A stretch of DNA of 64,000 bases from Neocallimastix sp. 'constans'. Lineage: Eukaryota. The stretch lies in the NCBI GenBank assembly GCA_050613775.1, contig JBODTK010000013.1, positions 496,001 to 560,000 of the forward strand, given 5' to 3'. The notes below the pieces were generated by a model. It saw only the letters and a program-made list of their open reading frames with translations, did no database searches and was not told the origin of the DNA. Below, piece after piece: positions 1 to 11,400 of this stretch. The position numbers and the translations under genes were made by a program. The stretch's first letter is position 1. Each line of letters starts with the position of its first letter.

Positions 1-1275
1 CAAAGGAAATAAAAATAAAACAAAGGAAATAAAAATAAAACAAAGGAAATAAAAATAAACCAAAGGAAATAAAAATAAAAATAAAACAAAAGATATAAAA
101 ATAAAATAAAAATAAAAATATACCAAAAGAAATATAAATAAAAGAAATAAAAATATAAATAAATAAAAAATGAAATAAAAATAAAGTAAAAAAAAAAAAA
201 AAATAAAAAAAAAAAATAATAATAGAAATAAAAATAAAAAAAATAATAATAATAAAAATAATATTAATAATAATAAAAATTAAAATAAAAATAAAACAAA
301 GAAAATAAAAATAAAGTTTGAAATAAAAAGTTTTATAATTAAAAATAAAATAAAAATATTACCAATATATTAATGATAATAAAAATAAAAAGCTTTATAA
401 TTAGAAATAACAAAAATAACAATAAAAATAAAAAGTTTTATAATTAGAAATAAAAATAAAAATAAAAAGTTTTATAATTAGAAATAAAAATAAAAATAAA
501 AATAGACCAAAAGAAATATAAATAAAATAAAAATAAAATAAAAATAAAAAAAATAAAAAAAAATAAACCAAATGAAATAAATATAATATAAGTAATAAAA
601 ATAAATCAAAGGAAGTATAAATAAAAAAAGAAATAAAATAAAATAAAATAAAAAAAGAAAAAAAAATAAAAATTAAAATAATAATAGAAATAAAAATAAA
701 AAAAAATAATAATAATAAAAATAATAATAAAAATTAAAATAAAAATAAAACAAAGAAAATAAAAATTAAGTTTGAAATAAAAAGTTTTATAATTAAAAAT
801 AAAATAAAAATAATACCAATGTATTAAAGCCAATAAAAATAAAAAATAATAATAAAAATAAAAAGTTTTATAATTAAAAATAAAAATAAATCAAAAGACA
901 TAAAAATAAAAATGAATCAAAGGAAATAAAAATAAAATTAAAAATAATTATAAAAATAATAATTATGATAATAATGATAATAATAATAATAAAAATTAAA
1001 ATAAAAATAAAAATAATAAAAATAAAAATAAAAGGAAATAAAAAAAAATAAAAAAAAAAATTAAAAAAAAAATAAAAATAAAAACAAAAACAAAAATGTT
1101 TATAATTAAATTTAAAATAAACCCAAAGGAAAAAAAAATAAAAAGTTTTATAATTAAATAAAAAAAAAAATGTAATAAAAAAAAATAAAAGAAATAAAAT
1201 TTAAAATAAAATATAATAATAAAAATTTGAAAAAAAAATAATAAAAAAATAATAAAAAAATAAAAAAAAAATAAA
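1..1275. repeat. A-rich degenerate satellite (AAAAT units with recurring AAAAGTTTTATAATT)
   Basis: Tandem CAAAGGAAATAAAAATAAAA at 1-80 and repeated AAAAGTTTTATAATT; it is the reverse complement of the family at 16180-20900. Confidence 0.8.
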
Positions 1276-1989
1276 TTACTATATATTCATTATGAATTAT
1301 CATGGATTAGATTATTTATTATTTATTCTTTTAACCTTTTTAATTATTTATTAGGCTACATAATAATTTTTTTTATTAATTATATTTGATAAAATTTAAT
1401 TATTTCATATTATATTAGTTATGTCCAAATGATTATTCATAATAAAATATTATTAAATAAAGTTTAATGAAATCAAAAAAAAAATTTTAAATTAAAATTA
1501 AAATTTAAATTTAATTTAGATCATAAAACTTTAAAATTACATGTGTAAACTTTAATTAATTTAAAAAAATGGATTGTTCAACTAAGGTGGATGATCCATC
1601 AAAAAAATAATAAATATGAATAATTGTAACTATTATTATAGGCAATAAATAATTGAAAAGAAATAATAAATAATTAATAATAAAATAATTTAAAAGAAAT
1701 AACATATAATAATTGTAAATTATATATATTTTTTAATAAATATTAATTTAATTTATAAAAATTAAATAAAAATAACATCAAATATAAAAATTTAAATAGA
1801 ATATTAACTAATAAAAAATAACAATAAAATTAACTATATAATTTTCATTATATCAAATAATAATAATAATAATAATTAATTTCTATATAATAAATATATC
1901 ATATCTAATAGATAAAAAAATCAATTATAAAAATTAAAATAATAAATTAAAAAAAGAAAAAAAAATCAATAATAAAATAATTTTAAAAA

Positions 1990-2031
<42 letters not shown>

Positions 2032-2057
2032 AATAATAAAATAATTTTAAAAAATAA

Positions 2058-2097
<40 letters not shown>

Positions 2098-2478
2098 ATA
2101 ATAAAATAATTTTAAAAAATATTAAAAAAAAAAAAAAATACATTCATAAAAGGAAAACTTTGATATTAAGATATAAAAAAAAAAAAAAAAAAACCTCCAT
2201 TTCTAATTTTTTTTCTCATCGCTTTTCTTTCATGATTTATTTTATTATTTTATTAATTTTTAATACTTTCCTTTTGTACTATTTTTTAGTATTATTTTTT
2301 GGTTTTAATTTTTTAGACAAAAATCGATTTTATTTATTTTATAATTACTTTGTTATTATTATAAAACACTTTACCGGTTTCTCTTTAAATAAATATACTT
2401 TAAAATTAAATATTTTTTATTTTATTTTTTAAAATTAATATTTTATTTTGTCTTGTATATTATTTATATTTAATTTAT

Positions 2479-2518
<40 letters not shown>

Positions 2519-4032
2519 TTTTGTTTTGTTTTTCTTAATTATTTTTTACTTTATTTTTATTTTATATTTTTTTTTTTTTTTTGGTTTTGTTTTTTTTAAC
2601 AATTTTTATTTTATTTTTATTTTATATTATTATTCATTTTTAATTAATTCCTTATTTTAATATTCATTACATTTAAATTAGGTATCATTATATTATTAAA
2701 AATTAATTATAAATATAATTATATGAATAAGAAGAAATTATTTTTATCTTTCCTTTATTTTTATTGTTATTTTTTTTATTTGAGTGTATATCTTTCATGA
2801 GTTTATATTATATTTTAAAATTTTGAAATTACTTTTCTTTTTTATTGAAATAATAAAAATATTATTATTATTATTAGTATTACTATTGATCTTATTGTAT
2901 TTATCTTATTATAAATATCTTTTTTTTAATAATTTTTTTGATTGTTTTTCATTATAAATATAAAATAGAGATAGAAAAAAAATTATGATATAATGAAAAT
3001 ATCATTGAATAAAAAAAAAAAAAAGGACTATAAATCTTATTTTCATAAATAATCTTTTATATTCATTTTTAATTTCAATTTTAAAAGATTTAAAAATAAA
3101 AAAAGTTCATTCCTCGAAGGATTGATTTATTTTTATTTCATTGGTTTCTTTATTTCTTTATACAATAATAATCCAATTTTTATAAGTATTCTAACCCATA
3201 TTAATTTTTAATTTCATAAAAAAAAAATTAAAAAAAAAAAGAGAAAAATGAATAGTCCCTACCTTTTCATCAAAATTTGAAATTACCTTTTCTTTATTAT
3301 TATTTTTTTTTGTTGTATTTTTTTATTAATTTAATAATAAGAAAATAAAGAAAAATAGATGCGTTTCAATTAAAATTTTATTATTAAAAAAAAATTAAAT
3401 TTTTAAATCTCAATTTTAATGTGACCATTAACACTATTGTCCTTTTTTTTTTTCTCCCATCTTAAATTTTTTTTGTTCAACAAATAATAATGCTTTAATT
3501 TTTTTTAACCAATTATTTAATTTTTCTTTTAAAGAAACTATTGGTTCATTACTAATAGTTTTTTTAAGCCATTTATTTATATTTTAAGTCTTAAATAAAT
3601 AAATAAATAGTAAAAAATTACTGAAATGTAGATGAAATAGAATGTGTCAATTGAATTATTTTAATTATAAAAATTAAAGTTTATTAAATAATTTTTTATA
3701 TCAATAAAATAAAAATAAAAATAAAATATATATTACTTACTTTTTTTTTTTATTTTAATAGTTAATTTAAATAATTTTATAATTAAAAAAAAAATAATTA
3801 CCTTTAAATGGTAATGGGACAATTTAGTAATTGAATCTTTTATTATTTTTTTTAATACATTGCGTCTATTATTTAATCATTATTTATTATTTATTTAATA
3901 TTTGTAGTTTTTATTTTTATATAATTGATTATTAAAAAATTTAATATTATTATAAAAATTTTTTTTCTTTAATGAGTTGTAAAAAGTTTAAAATTTTTTT
4001 TGTTTTCAAACTTCATAATTTTTTTTATCGTT

Positions 4033-4258
4033 AAATCTAATCTTCTTTTTTCTTTTTCTCTTCTTCTCTTTATTTATTTTATTAAAATAAAAAAAAATAT
4101 AAATATTTATTGAAATATTTCTTTTTTTTATTTTTCATTTTTTATTTTATTTATTCTCTCTACAGTTTATTTTTTTTTTCTTTCTTTCTTTCAAACAAAA
4201 CTTTTTTATATTTAAATTTATTACTTTTTTTTTTTTTTTACCTTAAAAGATACCCATA
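4033..4258 (+). promoter_or_regulatory. Putative shared cis-elements upstream of paralogue 1: AAATCTAATCTT (4033-4044) and ATACCCATA (4250-4258)
   Basis: The same two motifs occur in the same order at similar spacing upstream of all three ATGs. Confidence 0.45.
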
Positions 4259-4517
4259 TTATTTTTTTTTATTAAAGAGAGAGAGAAAGAAAAGAAAAAA
4301 GTTCTTTTTTATTTTGATTCTTTTCATCCAACTAAAAACTTTAATAAAATATTTTAAATAGTAAAATAGTAAAATAAAAAAAAAAATTTTTTTTTTTTAG
4401 ATTTTTTTTATTTATTTAAATAAATATTAAAAAAAAAAATTTATAATTTTTTAATATCAAATCAAATTTTTTTTATTTCTTTATTCAACCCAGCCATAAA
4501 AAATAAATTTTTTTAAA

Positions 4518-4540
4518 ATGTTGGGTTGGAAATATTTGAG
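4518..4540 (+). other. 23-nt first coding micro-exon (MLGWKYL-R) of paralogue 1
   Basis: Identical to 37833-37855 and 1 nt different from 22057-22079; followed by donor GTAA. Confidence 0.85.
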
Positions 4541-5408
4541 GTAACTGTTTATTAAAAGTTTTATTTTTTATTTGCTATTGTCATTGAATTAGAAATAAAA
4601 AGAAAAAAGAAAAAAGAAAAAAAAAATAATAATATTTTATATGATTTTATACAAACCAAATTTATTGATATGAATGAATAGATTAATAGTAATTTAAATA
4701 AATTTATAGTGGAAATCAATGAATAAATTCAATTTAAATAAATATTTAGATAGAAAGAAAAATAAAAAAAAATTTATTCAGACTTATCAATAGAAATAAT
4801 TTTATAATAATAAAAAGAATAAATTGAATTTAAATTAATATATAAAATATAAATTAAACTATATTTTAATATATATTATAAATAATTATGAATATAATAA
4901 AATATAATGTAACATATATAAAATTTATATATAAATATATAATATACATTAAACTAGATTTTAATATACAGTACCATAAATAAATTAATATAATAAAATT
5001 TAAAGAATTATATATATAATATATAAAATAATATATTTATATAGAATATATAAAAGAATAAAGTATTATATATCATATATTATAGTATATATTATAATGT
5101 ATTATATATCAACAATAATTGCCATATAAAATTTTCTATTCTTGGAAAAAATCAATCAGTTTTAATATAAAAAAAAAGTTTTAGGATAAATGTAGAATTA
5201 ATTTATGAATATAAATTATTAGCCTCATATAAACATATATATTATAATAAATAATTAATAAATAAATATTAATATTTTAAATAAGCCACATATATAGTCA
5301 TGATAAAATAATGGTTATATGAAATAATTGGATTTAATGAATGAAAAAAATATTTTTTTTAATTGTAAAAATATTAATAATAGTATTATTAAAATTAATA
5401 GAATCAAA

Positions 5409-5463
<55 letters not shown>

Positions 5464-8400
5464 TACTAATTATTTTTACTTCCCTTTTTTACTCTTTTTT
5501 TTTTTTTTTTTTTCTTCTATTTAGACTTCTAGGATTAATCTTCATTGCTAATAGTGTATCAGCTTCAGGTATGTATTTTTATAATAGATAAATAAATAGA
5601 TAGGAATAATAAATATTTTTTAATATTTAAAAAAATAATATATTATTTTTTTAATTAAATTAACATTATAATAAATATATTCGATATTTATTAAATAAAA
5701 AAATTTGATTATAATAACGAAAATAATTACTTTTATCTAAAGGTATACCGGATTGTACAGCTCCAACTACTGATGGTAGCGCATGTCAAAGTACTGATGC
5801 TACACCTACAGGTGTAACAGGATTTTGTCTTGTTACTGCAACTGATAATAGTGGGAAAGTATTATATAACAGTCAGTCTACAGGATGTACTCAAGTAGAA
5901 AATTTAACCGCTAATGGCTACTATGTGTATAAATGTCCGTCTTCTGGTGGATGTTCAACTTATGATTTTACTACTGCCTTAACAACTGGTGAAACTTTAA
6001 ACCTTTATAAACATACCAGTGACAGTAAATTAACAGTCGGAGATCTTACTCTATTTTTAAACGAAGAAAGTGGTAAAGAGAAATTACTTAAATGTACCTC
6101 TGGGGAATGTACCCTTCTTGAAACAGAAGGATACTATAAAAATGAGGGTTCTAATGTCGATGCTAACAAACTTTTGATCAAGATCGACAGTTCAGGCGCC
6201 TCCGCTGTCACTAACGTAGCTGAAGGGGATGTCTATTTAGATGGAAGTACTTATGATGCCACTGGAACAAAATATGTGAATGTATTGGAATGCAAAAAAA
6301 CGAATGACGTACTAGGTTGTGATGCCGTTGATTTGGCGGACGCCGTTTACTTGAATGCTGCTGTCACTTCAGGTCTTGAAAATGCCATTATTTCTTGTAC
6401 ATCTAATGATAAATGTAAAGCTAAAACGGCGGTTCCGGGTTACTATACTAATGACGGTAGTGACAATACTACCAAACAACTCCTTTTATGTGACAGTAAA
6501 TGTGAAAAAAAGGAAATTACTGCTGAAGGAGTCTATTTGGATGCTAATACCCAAGGTACTCAAACAACCACTGAATACGATAATCTCATTAAATGTACTA
6601 AAGATGCTAATGACAAAATCGGATGTGTTTCTGTTACGGCTACTGCTACGGATGTTACTTTCGTCAATGCCAACAAAAAAACATTTGCTACAGATGAACT
6701 CATCACCTGTGCCACTAATACATGTTCAGCCACGGGTGGTACCGATGGTAAAATCTATCTTAATTCCGCGGCCACCGGTTTAACGAAGGCCATGATTATT
6801 TGTGATAGCGATAGCTGTGACGCCACCGATGCCGTGGCCAATGATTACTTTTTAATTGATGGTGAAAACAATGCTAAAACTTTAATTAAATGTGATGGTA
6901 CACAAAATAAATGTGAAAAAGATGAGACTTCCACAGGTGTCTTTTTAGATGCTGGTAAAAAATCCGGTACAGGAGGAACTACTACCTATGACAATATCAT
7001 TACATGTTCAGGTAGCCCTGTTGTATGTCAAAATCCTACTACGATAACAGCTGGTTATTATATTGATTCCAGTAAAGTCATTGTAACGACGACAAAAACA
7101 AGAACTGAAGCTACGCCACCTTCCTATTCTGGATTAATTTTATGTGCGACAACTTGTGCTCCTGCCACTGGTGTCACCGAAGGTTTCTATATTAATGCAG
7201 TTCCTGACACATCGAATCCATTAAAGGATGCCATCATTAAATGTACCGGTACGACTACTGTTTCTTGTTCCATTCTACCTCAAGCGGCTGAAAATGCCAT
7301 CTATATCAATAATGCCTCAGATCATAAGTTAATTCAATGTACTAGTACTGGTTGTACTGGTGTTGATCCTTCCACTACAGACCCAGCCTATTATGTTAAT
7401 GCCGCCGTAGAAACAGATAACGACTATAAAAAGTTGTTAATTAAATGTGAAACTAATTGTGAACCCGCTGATGCTAGTGAAAATGCTGTCTACGTTAATG
7501 CTAATTTTGTTTCTAGCGGTACCGGTGATACTACTAACCATTTAATCATATGTAGTAATAAAAGTTGTACTGCTTCTCCAGGTGGAGGATCAGACACCGC
7601 CAAAGTGTATTATGTTAACGCAGCTGGAACTCAAAAATTGACTGATACATTGATTGTATGTAATGGTTCTTGTGAAGCTAAAGCTCAAACTATTACTACT
7701 CCCGCCACTGAATTAATCTTCATTAATAAAAATTATGGAACTGATTCTGTGAACTACCTTATTAAATGTACCGATGCTGCTGGATGTGTTCCCTTTGGAA
7801 AGACAGGACAAGCCGCCGGTGATGTTGAATACTATGTGAATGGAGCTGGAACTGCATTAACTGACGCTTTAATTAAAGTCACTTTTTCAGCTCCAACCAC
7901 TCCATCACAAAGAAGACGTGCTGAAGGTGCTACAACTTTAGTTGCTACAGCCCAGGCTTTCGGTTCTAGTGACAAAGATATCTATATTAATGCCTCTACC
8001 GGATTATTAATTCAATGTAATAATACTAATAACAAATGTGAAGCTTATGCCGGAATTGGAACGGCTGCCGTGCCAGCCTTCTATAGGAACGCTGCCGTTG
8101 CTACTGATACTACTGCCTATACCAATAAAATAATAAAATGTAATACGGCTTGTACTCCAGTGGCAGAAATTAACGAAAATGACATCTATCTCAATGGTTA
8201 TATCGCAACTGACAATACTAATCCTATAATCATATGTGCTGGTACCAGTAAGGCTTGTACTCCTTCCGCTGCTTCGGGAACAAACGTATATTACGTCAAT
8301 GCTGGAACTTATACCGATAGTACGAATGCCAGTTATAACTTAATAAAGTGTACAGCCACCAATACTTGTACTGCCCAAAGTGTTACCCTTGCCGATACTG

Positions 8401-11400
8401 CCACAGAAAACTTCTTCATTAATGGTAATTACGCTACAGATAAGGACGCCGTCAACTACCTTATTAAATGTACTGCTGAAAAATGTGAGTTATTCAAGAA
8501 ATCCGCTATACCTACTTCGGGTGTGAAAGAGCATTATATTCATGGTGAACCAGACACATCTAATAAATTAACAAACGCAGTAATTGAATGTGATTTGTCA
8601 AATACATCTACACCATGTACTCTTCTTATAATAACGGATAAGGATGTCTACATTGATTCCTATAATGTAAAGAATATTATTCGTTGCTTTACCACCCCTG
8701 GTTGTACCTCTGTCCTTAACAGTTCTACTAGAACCACATCGGCATACTATGTTAGTAAGGAAACAGGCGGCAGCCTTATCAAATGTTATAATGACACCGG
8801 TTGTGTTGAGGTAACTCAAGACGAATTAAAGGCTGTAGAAGGAAAGAAGGTATTTTTGAATGCAAACTTTGGCGAAAATGCTGATACCGCAAAGCATCTG
8901 ATTAAATGTGATGCTTCAGGAGCATGTACTTTAGCAGCAAGCGCGGCCACAGCCACCAATCCTGAATTCTATGTTAATGCCGATACGAATAAAGAAAATA
9001 AGGACTATGATGGAGCCACTAAAACTGAAATTATTAAATGTATTGCCGATGCTGATAGTAAAATAACTTGTGATACCAATTTAACAACTAAGGAAAATGA
9101 TGTCTTTATAAATGCCAATTTCGATTCAACTACTCAATTACAAATTATTGTATGTTCCAATGAAGATTGCATTGAAAAGGCTGCTTTTGCAGAGGATGAA
9201 GCAGCAACTACTGTATACTATGTTAATGCTGGTGCCACTAGTTCCGAAAAATTAACGGATACCTTAATTAAATGTGCTAGCAAAACCGTTAAATGTGATG
9301 TGGCTGAAGCTACAGAAAAAGATATCTATATTAATGCTCTTGGCAAGCAACTTATTGTTTGTAAGGATGCCTCCACCGGATGTATGGCCGTTCCAAGTAC
9401 AGCAACGAATGAGAAATATCAATACTTCTTGAACTCTAGTGACTTAAAAACAACAAGTCAAACCGTTCTTACCGATGATCTCATTAAATGTTCTGCAGAT
9501 GTCAATAATACTAGAGTTTGTGAACCTGCCACTGGAGAAGACAAAAAGGTTTATATCAATTCATTCGATAAATCAACAGTTATTTCATGTATAAGTGGTA
9601 CAGGTTGTAGTGCTACTAACTCAACCGCTGAAGAAAATAAACCTCAATTCTTTGTTAATGGTGGTGATATACCTAACGGTGATAAGCTCAAGTTGGACTT
9701 GATTAAATGTTCCTTCAAAAAAAGTAGTGGTAAAGCTGACTCTGAAGGATCCATTTCTTGTGATATTACTAATGGTAAAGAAGGTGATGTTTACCTCAAT
9801 GGTAACAGTGAAGACGCCTCAAATCAATTGATTATTTGTTCAGAAACTAATGGATGTGTAGGTACTCCCGTTACTCTTGGAGATGGAAGCCAAACTCCAT
9901 CTGCAACCACAACGACAACTGATCCAGCAGCAACAACGACAACCGCTCCAGTGAGAAAAAGATCAGATCCATTGACTACTACAACAACTACAACCACAAC
10001 AGCAACATCAACCACAACACCAACTTCGGAGCAATCCTCATCCTCACCTGCACCAAACTATTATCTTAATTCAGGTAATGAAGGTAAAGATAAATTTGAA
10101 TATGCTCTTATTCAATGTGCTAGCATAGAAGGTGATGCCGTCACCTGTGATCTCTACAAAGCCGGTCAATATCAGGTCTATGTTAATAGCAATGATATTG
10201 ATAATACCAAGGTCCCATTGATCAAGTGTGCCAAGAATGCCTGTAGTAAGACTGCCAGTGCTGCCACTGAAACGAGTAAGGAATACTATATTAACTCTGG
10301 TGATATTGACGAAACTCCAAAGAATTATGATATCATTGAATGTGCCCTAGATGGAGATGCTGTAAAATGTACCTGTAAGGCTGAAGCTGATACCAATGAC
10401 GGTGTCTATGTCAATTCCAACTACTCTGAATCCGGTGACAATAAGCAATTAATTCAATGTTCCTCTGACAATGGATGTGTTGGTATGGCCACTGCTGAAA
10501 AGGGAGTCGAATACTACGTCAATGCTGAAAGTGCCAATTTAACAAATGCCATCATTTTCTGTTCTAACAAGAAATGTGAAAAGCAAACCCCAGCTGCTGT
10601 TCCAATGTACTATATTGGTAAGGATGGTGATAATGTCGATGGTTTAATTAAATGTGTGAAATCCACTCCACCACCTGCTGAAAGACGTAGAAAGAGAGGA
10701 GATGATGAAGAAAAATGTACGTTGACCTCAGCCTTCACTTCAGAAGGTTACTACTTGAATAGTGGTTATAATAAGTCAACCAATCAAACCATTATTTGTG
10801 ACTCCACAGAAGGTTGTAGTACTGTTAAAGTCGATCTCGGTTACTATGTCAATGCCGGTAATGATGATAAGAAGATTATCAAGTGTGAAAAGGAAGGAAG
10901 TGAATGTGAGGAAGAAGACACCAAATCCTGTCCATTGGCTGAAAAAGCTGTGCCAGGAAACTACTGTTATGAAGATGGTCAATTGAAATTCTTCACTGCC
11001 AATAACAGTACTGCCATTACGGCTTCTAAATCGGATGATACCTATGCCTTTGCTACCATTCCAAGTAACGGATTCCCAGGTGTTAAGTCTGAAACTGGTT
11101 CATTATTCAAGATTTCTCGTTACTTCATTAATCGTTTCTACCAAAGTGGTGTCATTATGATCGATAAGAATGGTAAATTAGTCGATTCTTTAGGTGGTGA
11201 TACCTCTGATATCTCACTCTATGATTGTAATGAATCTACCAAGGTATGTGCTGAACGTCCAGGATGTACTTCAAACACCTACATGTTTGATTCTGAAAAT
11301 CGCAAGGCTGTCTTCTGTAATGATGGCAACTTGGAATATGCTTCATTCACTGGTTATGTTGTTGATGGTAATCGTGTCACCAGTGGTACTAAACATCCAT

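Noticed and set aside
606..4361. Short F/Y/I/L-rich ORFs (also 16324-20907, 23251, 33805, 37711, 53241, 54337, 62788-63109)
   Set aside because: Translations of T-rich simple repeats that lack stop codons by composition; many have non-ATG starts and there is no coding-like base composition.
5925..5927. Track start codons (GTG 5925, TTG 24530, TTG 39467, GTG 43074, TTG 44648)
   Set aside because: Eukaryotic locus. Frames extend to AG acceptors, and the true ATGs lie in upstream micro-exons.
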